Below, in pieces: positions 38,501-52,700 of a DNA stretch of 64,000 nt (position 1 is the first letter of the stretch; each line of letters opens with the position of its first letter). Origin of the DNA: Iphione sp. A-MEVVRFRX5. Its lineage: Eukaryota. The notes under the pieces are model-generated. The model was not told the DNA's origin. It saw nothing but the letters and a program-made list of their open reading frames with translations, and searched no databases. Made by a program: the position numbers and the translations under genes. Location of the stretch: the NCBI GenBank assembly GCA_976226885.1, contig OZ320314.1, positions 41,912,001 through 41,976,000 on the forward strand, given 5' to 3'.

Positions 38501-41500
38501 AAAAACGCAAGGCCTTTTTCTACCCTTCTCGTTTTTATAAAAATCTGGAACGGGCGAGCTGGTGACGGGATCAAATACATACAGACTGCTTCTGCACATA
38601 AAAAATACGGTATCATTTCTGCTATCGGATGTTAATGGCATCTGACATGATCCGCTGGAACCTTGATGTTTCTTTGATCCACGCCGACCTGGTAGCACCT
38701 GAGTGATCAGGTAAACATGCACCTCAGGTGATGATAGGTAGAGTGATGGTTCAAAAAAGGAGGAGTTCAAAAAGCTCAACACTATCCAGCGCGTTTGCCT
38801 CAAGCTCGCTTTCCACGAGAAATCAATAATCATTGGCAAACCCGCTTTCGTTGATATTTTGCACCTTTTGTGATTTTAATCCATTTGTCAACACCTAAGA
38901 TGACCTTTCTACAGCTTTTAATTCTGGCGGTGTATGACTCGTAAAGAATAAAGATGAGATACTGTATTCAATGTACTTCGTAAAAATAAAAAGAAAGCTA
39001 TTGCTGTATGGTCTGCAACACATTTTAAAGGACATTTGTCTGCATTCCTTTATGCTATTTGCTGGCCAAGCGGTATAAGGAACCGTGACTACCAGGTAAA
39101 CTAGATGGTGATGGACATGTTCACTGACAGGTGATACAAGAGGTAAATTGTCTCAGTCATGAACAGACAGAGAGGCCATTCAGCTACTGAAGAATGTAGG
39201 TAGAGCAACTTTGATCCTCATTTGTACTATGGCACGTTGGTAAGGCAAGTTCACCTACACTGTGCACGCATGAAGCAAACCTAAGAAAGGCCTATTTATA
39301 GGTTTCAATACTATGTGCGCTTGTTTTTGTAGTATATGGAAGACATTTGTACAAAGTGTCAAAAGCGATTCGACGGACACAAAACGCACTACCGAAAACC
39401 ACAGAATAAAAAGTAGGTCACTTTAGCCACTCACATAGAGGCTAGATTAATGAACACATTATGTCAAGCGCCCAGTGATTTGAATATATATATAATACAT
39501 ATACATGAAGTTTCTGTCCTATGGTTCTGACTTTCTTTAGGTGTTATTTTTAAGCGATTAATACTTTTCACCTCGCAGGCGGCGGCTTTGACAGATGACC
39601 GACAGGTGTGAACCACAGGTGTCAGGGGAGAGATGAAGACAACGACTTGAGGTATTGGCCTCCCTGCCCCCTTGCCACATTCACTTCAGCTGGGCTCAAG
39701 AGGCCTGCGGTGGTGAGAAGCAATCTCTCCCACGCCTCGGTGTCGGCCGGACAAGTCCTTGACGGCCAACAGCGACCGCCAATGAATCAATCGTCTCCCG
39801 CGGGCAGAATAAAAGCATCGTTGTGTTTGAATATCATTAGTGAGCAGGCCAACAAAGGTCTCCATTCACACCCACGGTAGAGCTGAGTGGAAACGAGCCC
39901 TGACTGAATCAACAGCAGCTCTTCCAGAATGCCTTCAACAAGGTCCTAAAAGCTCTATGGATGCTCTGTCCTTGTCCCATTCTCCCTCACCTCTGCAGGA
40001 AAAAAGGATCTTTCTTCGGGACAACGCCGGCGCAGCACCTCCGTCAAGGATCATAAGGTCAACAAGGAGTCAGCCGAAGGTCAACCAGAGGTTATCACCC
40101 CCGGCGGCCGGGACATCGCACATGCGCGGTGGATCAATGATGGCCAGGAACGGAAGGCGGTGTCCAGAGCCCTCTGGTGAGACCTAAATGGAGGCATTGA
40201 TTGTTGAGCAGCTGCGGGCGCATGTGGCTTTAGGTGGGATCTGCAGATGGGAGTGGAAAGGGAGGAGGGTTGGGGGGCGGGGGGGCTTGCCAGAGGGAGA
40301 GGCTATTGCTGGGAACCGCTTTCTCCAGAATATTGCCGGATTACCGGTCTCCACGGTAATCCAGACCAGGATGACCGGCATTCTCTTGGGTTTGATAGAG
40401 GACGGTGCAGAGAGAAGGTGAGACGGCGGTCAGATCTGCTTTGGGAGACTGGGGGGGCTGTGAATCCGGAACTTACAGAGTACCAGGCCGGCGGATCGGG
40501 AACTAATCCATCAAGGTCCACGGAATAGGCCCTTTTAATATGACGGACGAGTGCCGTTCTATCATACGATACATTGAGAACTACTTCCCAAAACTGAGGG
40601 GTCACCTGTGATCTACATTACCTTCCTCATTCTTTTTTCCCCACAGGGATAACTTTGGTTATCTTTGCTCTACCTTCCTACAGTGCGGCCTTCCGTATTA
40701 GCGTCAATCATCTCATACTTTCTCTTCATGTATTGTTCGCTATGCGGTCTCTTTTATATCCCTTCCTTATTACACGCTTCATTACTTTCGGCTTTCCCCT
40801 GACCTCTACTTATTTCGGATAGTTTATCGTCCATTGTTAACCATCTCTCTCTATTCCAAATAAACAGTGAACGAGACGCGTGCGTGCTACCAGTCGGGGG
40901 CGCCAAAAAATGCTTATGAAAAAGCCACCCAGCAGTATTCCACTTAAACGTGATACTGCATCTGCAACCAAGCTTGAAATCGTCGTTAGATTGTCCATGG
41001 ATAGCATCACTCGCCGCCACTGCTTGTTACTGCCGTACGGGCCGATGGTTGTATCGGGTAGCGGTCGGGCTAGACGGAGTGCTGATCATCGGCGACATGC
41101 GACAGTTGGATAAAAGCCTCCGAAATATCGACAGAGGCGCGATCAATGAGACGGTTGACTCTGCTCATCATGAAAAAAAAAGTAGCATAATGTGTTTGAT
41201 TTCTAAAATGAATATAAATATGAGCAACTCACGGAGAGAGCCGTTGATGATGTTGTCAGATGGGCAGTTGTTAAAATTGAACATTTCGCATTTTTATTTC
41301 AAATATTATAGAAATACACTTCGCTGCCATACTGTTCAGGGTGACCAATTTGCTTCTTGTTAGTGTAAATATTCCATCGTGCTGCCCGGGCTCTCTTTCA
41401 AATCTCCTCGGAGTACACCCGAACACACAGTCTCAATTAGCATCGTTAGGTGATTTAGTGGGCTTTGCCCCACTTTACCCGGGCATTTTGGTCGTTTGAT

Positions 41501-43406
41501 TATAGAAGTTGGACATAAATGTGCTACATAACCTTGATATCATATGACATATATGATTCAATTGCTGCTATTATTTCTTAAAAGACACAGGTATAAAGCA
41601 TACAGGTGATCGAAACCCAACCATCATCTCAGGAAAGTGTGTACTATTTTGGTGACACAGTAGTCTATTTCCCTACCCCCTCGGCGCATCTACCGTCTCG
41701 TTGATTATTCTGTCCCCTTTTATCTTACGTATTTGTCTTTTTCCCAATCTATGGCGTATATGTGGATGTATGGAGTATGTAATCATTCATGTGTAACCAA
41801 GGGAACATGAAAGATGCGTACATATGTTGTAGCAATGATGTTACTGGTGTTTTCAACTGATGCAAATAGTCGTTTGGCATCGGAAGGTTACTTCGTAAAA
41901 TCTGAAACTTTTATCTAGAAACGGTGAATCGCATCCGAACAGTCACACACAATCACCAAATAAGCTTAATGTTTCAATATAATTATGATTTCATCTGTTC
42001 GTGTAGTACTTTATACAGAAGAATTTTCAACCTTAACTGACACTCATACATTACCCACTTGTTTTGAAAAATAACTGATTTTGCAAGACTGTCGCGTCGA
42101 ACGATGCAGATATGCAAAGTCATATGACTTCAGTTAAGGAGAATTTCATCCATTTTAACAATCGAAAGCGGAGTATTCAGGCGCACTGACGTGCATCCCA
42201 ACGCACACACTAACCAGCCTGGGGCTTTGCTTGAAGCCCTATCACAGGATGCCACTATGCATGACAAATAGACACGTGATGAGATACGAGAGGGAGCGAG
42301 ATGTCAGGCAGTCCGCCGCGGAGCGATAATGGGTAAAAGGGAAAGACGACTGATGAAGGCGGGAGGGAGGGCAAACCGTGGTTGTTGTCTGGCAGCCTAG
42401 GGGGTCGAAACGGTCTCGATCCCAATCACTCGCGAGGATCTCAGTCGGGGACGCTCTGGCGCTGATAATTCTGAGCATCCACTTTTGCCTCTGATATAAA
42501 GTGCACCTTCTTCGTTATTTCCCTCTCCCCCAACCCCATCGACACACGCAGAGACACAAAGGGAAAATATATTACATGTGTGAACATATAAGGAATTGGA
42601 AAAGTTGGATTTTCAAAAGGTAACTGGCACTGATTTAAGTGACAGAATCCATCAGTTTACGTAACATTTACACAATATGCCATTGTATAAACTAGATGAC
42701 TACGTACACGTGTATAATTATGCTAAACTCCTGAGAGGATAACTTGAGTACGAAACGTTGGGATTCATTGAGGCCAACCAAATCAAATATGCTGTATTGT
42801 GTTTGTGGATTAATTTCCCCACACTTCTAGACGTGCATAATATATATACTTTTCGAAGGAATTGCTACGGAGACTTTTACTTATCACATACATACATACA
42901 TGTTTTCTTTCCATTCAGATCCGGTCATATGCAACATGGTACCCTGATGATGACCATGTCTTTCAAGACGGAAGAACTGTACTCGAAACGCGATTGCATA
43001 AGATGTCCCTGAGTCACTCAGAGGAGAGGGTTCAAGCTGTAATGTCACACCGGCGGCCCGATGACTCTGCCGGTGTGGATCCGCGCTGGATGGCCGTTAA
43101 TACGTCACCTCTACGTCGATGGCACTACTGGCTTAACTCGCCTCTCCTCCAGCGGGCTGACCTCAGCTTGGGACAACAGCAACCCTCTCCGCTTCTCCTA
43201 CTCCTCCTTCACTCACCCGTAGCCCACCAGCCTGGAGCTAGGTGGCGCTGGCTGACTAACGCAAGCGCCCCCCCCCCTTAACTCAGCTCTTTGCTGAACA
43301 TCCATGATCCACTCCGGGCCAAAATTATCCACCGCGGCTCCCTAGCCCCCACCCTAATCAACCCACCCATCCTTTGGAGAATTCCTTTCCCCGCCCGCGG
43401 GAAGGC

Positions 43407-43420
43407 GCGCCATCTGGTGG
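43407..43420 (-). promoter_or_regulatory. CTCF-like motif CCACCAGATGGCGC
   Basis: Close match to the CTCF core consensus inside a GC/CpG-rich patch; motif evidence only. Confidence 0.35.
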
Positions 43421-46400
43421 CGGGAGTGAAGAGAGAATAGCCCGCCATAGTTTTTTGGGGGTGAAATGACAGATCGAGAAGCTAGGATTGAGAGGCACCG
43501 GTCATTTGGCAGGATAAGCTCCAGGGCCCTTTAAAAGACAGACATGGATACCACTTGAGTCTGTTATGCGATGTTGATGACAGCCCTGTGGGTATATAGT
43601 ATGAACGGCGGTGTTCAACAATATTGACAATGCTCCGTCGTGTGTTTTTCCTCTAGCGCACTGACGCGGGTAGATACAAAGTATTAATTTCGCTCAGGCT
43701 AGAATGGATCTGACGTGTACAGGTAAGTCTGCAGAATGATTTTATAATAGGAGTTACGTTGGGAAAGTACAGTATATGTAAAAGAGACAAGTCGGACGGG
43801 AAAGGTTAAGTAAATGATGCACATGTATTTGTCATTATGTACACGTTCGTAGACAGGTAGAGCCTAGACAGATGAAAGATATATAATTTACTAACAGATA
43901 AATTGAAAACTAGGATGGAAGCATAGTAGTAAATCTGTCAATCAGCCGAATGAACCAGAAGAACGAGAAGGAGAAGTAAGTAGCTGACAACAGATTATGT
44001 ATACATGTACCGGCAGATGGAGCCTGAGAAAAGGATTGTCTGCAGCCTATGGGAACTTCGCAAGGAAACAGTGACGGATATATAGACCAGTTGCTGATGG
44101 ACTAGGCTTAAGGGTAGTAGATGGAACTAGGGACTAGTGGTTTAATGAGTACATAGTGGTGTCCATATTGTAATGGTTTGGAGATAAAAGTTTCTGAAAT
44201 GCTTTCTTTACATTTCCTAGATTTTGTTTTGGTTCCCAGATGATAACTGGTACAACACTTTGATTTTCACATGGAATAGCTTTGTTTTGACTTAGTTGTC
44301 AATGGAGCGACCACTCCTGTCCATTAAGTATGGAGAGGGTTTTCCTTGTTAAATAGTAGCTATTTCACGATTATTCATTTGTTTTCATTGAACGTTATAC
44401 TTTCTGGTCAGTTATTCTATTATATGTTGATATAATCATCATACTCTTATAAATGACTCTGACTTCATTATGTAGATCAGTCAGTCTGTTTCTCCTTTGT
44501 GTATATAAAGTATGTTCTTTGGCCTCAGATGAGAGCTTGTTGGCTATTTTTGGGATGATGATGCCTTGCTGGATTCATGCTTGGATCCATGAAACTCAGG
44601 CTTGGTCCTTCTTTCATATGACTTCTAAAAGTCTTCAAAGTTGCAGTTGGCACTCACACCAAAATCTTAAGGTAACAATATGACATGACTGACAGATGTA
44701 TAGTAGGGTGTTTGGTACTGCATAGTCCCTATCTGCATTTGCGGGTTAGTATCTTGAAAAGATGGAGTACTGAATTTCTGATGCGTTAACTACAAATGAT
44801 TTACTTAGTGTTCTATGCTATTCCCGGGTTATCTCCTCACTCCTTCCTTTGCAGTTTTCTTCCATTCTTTACCCATTGTCTTTACAATAATTGCTCCTGT
44901 ACCGTTTAAGGATTCTAGCTGTTTTCTTTCTTTACTCTTTTGAGCATAATTTGCGTCTCCTGTTCTAAACAAATACCAGAGGTAGCAGTTGTTGTTTCCT
45001 CTTCTCTTTTCCTATTGCAATCTTCTGGTGTGCTATAGCTCATCAGAGCAGGTTCCTCTGGTAAGTGCATGTACATGCAGACTGACAATACGCTGGTTTG
45101 TCGAATTGTTCTCTCCGTGTCTCTTTTTCTGTTACTAATCAATACCTCCTTACAGGTAATATGCGTCTTATGGAAATTCATGACGCTATTATTTGGAAAT
45201 AAAGTAATATAATTAAGCAATGGTAAAAAAAGGTAAACGATATTCAGCCCTAAAGGGTTTAATGTATCTGGACCTTTAAGAAGCTTCGTTAAATCTTGCA
45301 GAAAGAGGTTGATATTGAGATTTAGATCCCAAAGCCTTCCTGAAACCCTCATCCCAAACTGTATCCACGGCCTTTGGCTTGCTTGCTTGATTGCCCTCCA
45401 AAATAGGCACGGCTGGCGGCCATCGTGCCGGCTCGTTGGTCGGCAAGAACAGCGCTGCAGCGGTCGACGGTCGGGCTAGCACTGACCCTTCTGGTCATTT
45501 GTCACTCAAGAAAGCGATAGAAAGTTGGCCACGGAATCCATCATAGCAGATATGGCAAGCCCATACGAGGCAGGCTCCTGTGTTGTCGCACTGTTTTAAA
45601 GGTATTGATCGTGGGATCTCTGGTTCATGCTGCCATTGGGGGTTATATTTGGCAGCCCGTTTTTCATTTCTTTGTCTGACCCTAGCATTCGTTCTACTTT
45701 TCGTTCCAAATTCACTACCCTACTAATGTAATAGACAGGCATGTAGAGTGCAAATGGTTTCAGTAAGCATTAAACAACTTCACAGCCGAACTAGATAAAT
45801 GTAGCGCTGACGTAGAGAAGCGGAATAAAGTAATGAAAATCATGTACATCAAAGTTCCCATTAGAAATTAAATACTGTACACAGCATGATGCTTCTTTTT
45901 ATTTTAGAACATATATGAATAGATACGCATGTGCAATTACTCATAACCTTGGGCCGTAGGACAGATGTGGATACACTTGTCCTCGAAAGCTGAAGAGATA
46001 ATAGGGCATGTGGGGTTTACTGCGTGTTTACCTTGACGGCGATCCATAAAATCTTCTGAGCAACAACACATGCACCTCACCACTGCTTAAGTATGTGTAC
46101 CTCTATGTAATTTCTTTAGTGGACTCCCTCTGGCTTCAAAAATCAATATTCTTCCATTTATTTTAAGTATTTTCTGTTTTCCTTAGTTCACACGTCGCAT
46201 GTTTATATGCCTATCACTCGTCTTGGAAGACTATTGATTTTCTTTTAAAGTAAAATTCCTTCCCTACTCCACCACATACTCTCTCTCTATCACACACACA
46301 TAACAAACACAAACACAATGTGCTAGCCAATCCATCTTCCTCGTCCTTAATCGCTATCCATGTAATGTAACATATGGAAAGTAAAAACGTACAAATGTAA

Positions 46401-49400
46401 AGCAGTAAAAAAAACAGTACGCCCATCTGTTGGGAAGAAACACAGCTCCTGATATACAGGTAACCTTTCGCTCATGACCGCTTACCCATACCCTCCTTTC
46501 CTCTGCCAATGCCTTGCCAGCCTTTCTCACTCGGCACATATCGCCAACGTCAGGTAACATGGCACTTTGATCTTAATACGGTGATCAAGACCATAGATCA
46601 ACACTTGCGCTATACATGCTGAGACGGGATGCGAGGCTGGAGAAGGGAGAAGGGGGGTGGGTGAGCAGAAAAACAGGCAGGGGCCGGTGGGGAGTACTTA
46701 CGACCCGTTCATAGGAAATTCATTGAGCAGCTCCCGAACGACTCAAGCGGGATTTCCTAAGCCCCAGCCGCCCACTGCAGATAATGCGCCCCACGTGTGC
46801 GACAGTAGCTCCGCTCTGGTGGCCGACACAGGCAATAGTCGTGATGTATCGGGTATACGTGGGCCGGCGCGAAAAACAACGCTCCGAATATGAATGATAT
46901 TCATAGGTGCGCTTCGTTCTCCCAGCTATTGCATTACGGTAATCTATCAGCAATGGCTGGCAGTCACGTGGCCGGGCTTGCTACCGTTAGTGAGTTCTTT
47001 GTCTTGATTACGACAATCGTTTATCTTCGGGGCAGACTTTTCAACCGAACGTGATCTGTCGTCGTGTTTCGCAGTTATTTTCTGTGTTTACGAGAGAGAA
47101 ACGAAGTCTTAAGGAGACAGTACTTACTGTCCAAAAGGATTATTCGTTTTTAAATAGTAACTATAGCATATAACTTTAATGTGACTGTACCCTGATATAG
47201 CGCGTTTCAAGAACAAGGACAGACCTATTTGTGATATGTCGGAAATAAAGAGGGAAAGATACGTGCACAGGTATATATCAAGCGAGTAAAGCTGATAAAG
47301 AGGAACAGAAAAGAAGCTCGAAAACTGCTGGTGAAAGAAAACTGTTTCGGCGGTATATAATTCATTAGATAAGTACTGTGTGGAGTTCAATAATCGATAA
47401 CGGCACCACTGCCTTAGATTGCAAAGTATATGTATTCGCGACTATGTATTGCAGTTTCCTCAAAGTGACACAAGACAGCGGTAGTAGCATGAAGTAGGAC
47501 GACATACCCTAGCATTATAATGGTACTCCACGGCCCACTTAGTCCCTCATACATAATACTGTCATATATAAGATTGGACAGGCCTTTATCATCGCGGAGA
47601 GCACTTCCGTGTCGGGAGGTAAGGAAGAAAGGCTCTTAAAGTAGACTAAATCAATTCAACAAGACGGGTGCTATTGACAAGCTTGTTATGAGGTATTGAC
47701 TGTGAAGGGCTTCTTAGAGATGATGGGAATTATACGACCTCCGGTATCACGTATTCGTGGCTGGGAAGTAAATGATGTATGTTTGACCAGTTTATCTCTT
47801 CTTTTTACATGGACACGATCGTAACTTCATAGTTGTAAATTATCTCAACGGACCAAACAGAGGAGATCATGGTAAACACGGACAAATGGCTATAATTGTA
47901 TTCCAGGTGTTTGGTTGGTTTTTAGACTACGTCGTTTATTGTGTTATTGAAACACACCATAAATTATTTTGCACACGCCTCAGACAAGTAATAAAAAGTT
48001 GATCGGAGGGAAAATCCTAATCCTAATACTAAATCATACAATCTTATCAGTTTTAAACTAGTTGTCTAAAAAGAAGGGCTCTTAATCTTGACATTTTATG
48101 GCCAGACTGGCATGTTGTTATGGATTTATATCTTGAACACAGATGATCTATAATTAGTGAGACAGAAAGGTGCTATCAAGGGTGAAAGCGACGCCAGACG
48201 TTTCTAATGAAGATATGAATAAGTAATCAAGCACGATATTGTTGCCTGATTTATTTTATCCGAGAGAGAGCCTCCTGTACAGGACAAAGTCTTTTAATAT
48301 TTATCTTCCAATAGGTGGTATAGTCTACTTTCGTCACTCGGTATGGTCGCATGTTTAAGAGAACATTCTAGAACGGACCGTTTATACGCTGGGTTTTCTA
48401 AAGAATTTGCACTAATCGATGCTTGTTACAAGGACAAAGTAGAAGTCTTGACGCAGAGCTAATTGATGATATTCCACGGACACCAGCCATGTAGCCTAGA
48501 CGATGAAGTGTCGCACAAAAGCTGAAAGGATTTTGTAGTGAAACTAATGCAGAGCTCCCTGAAATTTCTCTGGCTCGATTTTATAAGAACTGCTCATTTC
48601 ATCTTGAATATGAGCGTCCACGTATCGTATAATTAACGGGATTATTTCGTTGATAAAGAATCCTTACACACACGGAGAATGGATTTGTTGACTGCTAGGC
48701 GATTCAGCTCAACATAAAATGAACGTGTCAAAATATCCCACAGAGCTCAGATCGCAGCGTTCGTATTCTAGGGAGGCTTCTATCAACTATCAGTCAATAT
48801 GACTGGACTAAACCATATAAAACTTAACCCGTGCCTGATGGTGTTTATCTTTAGAAATCCAATCCACCGGCAGCTTCTCATATCAGCCGAAGGACAACAT
48901 GTACTGGAGTGCATGTTGCGGTATCGACTGTGATTGGCTGGACCGAGAGGGCCCTTCCGGCCTGGAGATAACAATGGCGGACGGTAGCGGACCAGACACA
49001 GCCAACGTATCGATTCATCCGTCGTCCTGTGAGGTCTGTGGTCTTCACATATTATCGTCCTCTCCTCCCTCCACCCTCTCCATTCTGTCTCTACCCCCCT
49101 CCGTGGATTACCCCCTATAGCCTGTCGTTCAGATTACAGAGCGATTCTCGGGATAACATCGGTAATCCGTAAATCAACAGCGAAATGGAGCAAAAAAAGC
49201 CTGCCTCCTCCTGGAGAACGCCAGCCATTTTCAGACGTTAAGTGCGTTTCGAATCGATATACGACACTTGTAAAAGGTAGGGCCTCCCCACCTTGAAATC
49301 ATAAATACTTTTTAAAGGTCAGGTAGAATGTAAAAGGACTGGAGACCATCGCACGTAAATCAATATGAAAAAAAAAATTATCGGTGAATAGCCCCTTTAA

Positions 49401-49604
49401 TGTGACGTCTTGGCGGCATGTATGTATGTAATCTGATTGATGTTGGTTCATTGGACTGTGCTATATGATCAATACCTTTCCTGGTAACATTTTAAATGTG
49501 GCTCTCTCCTATCTTCCCGCTGCACACTACTCGATTCACCTGTATACCGAACGTCTCCTCCAGCCTCCAGAGAATCCTCCATAAACCTGCGGCATGATGT
49601 CTAC

Positions 49605-49715
49605 GTGTGGGGCAGAATCCCCTGGAGGAACAGAGCACCAGGTAAAGAGATCTACCTGGCTAGGTGGATTATCTAGATTCCTGACCTTGGAAGGGCAGGC
49701 AGGTTTATTGTGAAA
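49605..49715 (+). repeat. Diverged dispersed repeat, probable family B copy 3
   Basis: PDLGRAGRFIVK versus SDTGRAGYFFMK (54880-54915): 7 of 12 identical residues, six of them with synonymous third-position differences. Confidence 0.45.
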
Positions 49716-52700
49716 AGTCCTCCACGGATTCAAGATGCCCGAGGCTAGGATGTTGGGTGCAAAGCCCAAGAGGGCGTGGGGATGTGGGCCGGGGTCGCTT
49801 GAGACGTCTGTATGTGTTTGTGTCTTGCCGAGTGTATGCGGCTGGAGGAGAGTAAAAAGCGGAAAAGAAAGCGAGTGAGATATTCAGGCTAGTTCTCATA
49901 AAAATAAAGCCTTTCATTTGCGTGTACATATGAAGATTTGTTGACGTCTTCATCTGATGCAAACTTGGTTGAGACGGTGTATTCGATCACTATAATGTAC
50001 CCTATCCTAGAGATTAATGACAAGAAATGTCTTTCTGTAGTGACAATAACATGTACAGTTTACCTTACGGATATAAAAGGGGCATTCTTTGGGAACACTA
50101 TTATATTGTGTTTGCTACATACATTTACATGTATTAACAGATGTCTCAAATACGGACACATGTCAAATAGGGACATTTTGGGGAGGGAAGCAATGGTGTT
50201 CTGATAAGAGACTCCATTATATTACCATGGAGAAAACAACTTAAGTAATTAAGACTACAGCATAATATATGATACATGTAATATACAGATGAACTTTTCT
50301 GTTTCATCAATTTTTTTTCTGGGGTGATCATTTCAAGTCATTCACTGCCCATGAAATCAAATTTCAAAACCCATTATTTGATTAATATATGATACATTCA
50401 AAGAACACTAAAATGCTCCCGTTTCACATTGTTTAACTAGTACATGTAGTCTTTGGTATATCTTTTAAATTCTGGCATGTTTCACAACCCCTAAGATAAA
50501 ACCTCAAGACATTCCAGATTATCTCCCATGCGTTGTCCACAGTCGGTTCAAAACATGATCTGGCCTTATTTTATACTGAGCTGATGTACTCGTGATATGA
50601 TCTCGAAATAGTTTATATCATAATTTGACTTTTAAGATATTTATATATTAATGAAGTCACATGAGGTCCATTTTACATATTGGGTATGGAATGCCCAGGT
50701 TATTCTTTAAAATACATCCGCACATAGCTAGGCAAACCCTCTCTTCCCTGTGTCTGCGAGAAGGGTATAGCCCTCGTCCGGTTAAAGATATGTGTACAGG
50801 GTACACAATGATGTTAGGAGGTGTGGCTGGGCATGGGGCGAGGATATTGGGTAAGTCACCCTCGTGCATGGAGGGAGATGGGGCTCACTTGCTCTAGTCT
50901 GCGGTTGGTGCACAAGGTACACCCTAACGTTGGCAGGTGGCGCTCCGTTGGCGGGTCAGGTTATAGGGGGAGGATGTAGGTTAACACCATCTCGGTTACG
51001 GCACCCCATGTCGGTCTACATGTGTCTATACCTTGGCACACCTGACCCGCCATGCTAATACACATGAAGATGTTTACAGGCGCTGTCAGAACAAACAGAT
51101 TCAAAGATATGGTATGATGCTGGATGAAAAAAGAGACTTTTAAATGACTAGTAACGAAATGAAAATCAAGAAACCCATAGTAGACGTAAAATATAATTAG
51201 CACTTCATTTGACCGGTGTCATCATCATGACCAATGCAAAATAATGGCTGTTACTGCCTGTATTTGGTCAGCCGTGTACAGCGGGAAAATGTCTACTCAC
51301 GGTATATCTTTTTAGTGCAGCAACATGAGTAGACCATATTTCATTTCAAGTTTATCAAAAGAAATTAATACAGAAAAGAATACTGTGTAAATTACCACCT
51401 ATATAATTCCAGTACCAGATATGAAATATTAGTCCCACACCTGTCGTGAGAGATAGACATATACTTTTGGAAATATAGCGGCATAAAAAGGGAAAATGTG
51501 TCAACGTTGTGTGCTTGCAAAGAAGTCTCCACCAATGAAATGGAGGAGTAAAGCATACAGGATCACAGAGAGGAGCTGGGTCTGTTCAGGTAAGCTTAAA
51601 ACTCATGTTGGGCTTGTCATTGTGCTGGTGGTAGTGTTTGGATTACAAATGCCGACCTGCCTTCTTGATCTCTGACAATAAAAGTCCAAGGAGTATTCGG
51701 CAGGAGTCAGGTCCTATGAAAGGGACCGATACCGTATGAGGATCTAAGCCACGTCTTCATTTTAAGGCGTGTCGTTTCGACGCAGAAAATAATTAAGTGG
51801 AGGTCATTATTTGTCTAGGAAGTCAAAGTAGATAATATGCTAAAATTCAGGTCAATGTAAAACTGGTGTCATTGCCTGGTGTATCGCCTGCAGTTTCCCA
51901 AAGGAAATGTATTTTAGCCTTACGTAAAAATACAGAAAAGGTTAATAAAGAAATTGCTGTTTAGATAGAATACATCTGCTGATAGAATTTCGTCTGTCAG
52001 AGGTTCTACAATAATCATGACGTACGGCGTAACTGTCTTAGATGTTGGAAATAACGCCGTCACGAAAAGCTCAAGTGAAATTAACTGAAGTAAAAAGATG
52101 GAACTTGGACAGGAACGGCGGGCGTAGCGAAACTGTCGATTTTCAGGCCACGAACAAAATAGACGGAGAACTATGCTGGGCAGAGTAAAATGGGTGTCAT
52201 GGATATTCAGTGAGACAAGAACTGGAGCTAACTGCAGTTACATATCTAAGAGAACGATGACATGGCGCTAGGTGATGGAAGGCATTAGGAAAACTACAAG
52301 GATAGGACAGTGATAAACTGCAATAAGTTCTTGACGAAAGAGGGGATGTGCTATATTTTTGGGAATATATGTAAAAAGAAATGATGGTAGGCAAAAGAAA
52401 TTAACCCTGATGAAGTAGCAGGTGGAATGAAACGATATTTCCAAGTTAAAGATTTCTGTCCGTAGGCTATTATGTGAAGCCAAAACGGCGGAATGAATAA
52501 GAGGACACAGAAAAGTGATATTATTACAAGGGTAAGGGAGATTATGAAAAAATAGCATAATGAGAGATACCCAAAGTGCCTAGGAAGAGCGAAATGGCAG
52601 TCGTTTGAACACCGCGGGGTCTGTGTCTCTTTGTACATCGGGTGATTGTACACAGAGGAAGGTGTAAGCAAGTCCCCTGATATTTCATCGTGGAGGAGGA

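Noticed and set aside
49680-49715. Assigning GRAGR to SF2 helicase motif VI (RecQ/AcademH) or to an L1/Tx1 endonuclease
   Set aside because: The upstream Q/H residue and the other helicase or APE motifs are missing, so the resemblance is too short to name a family.
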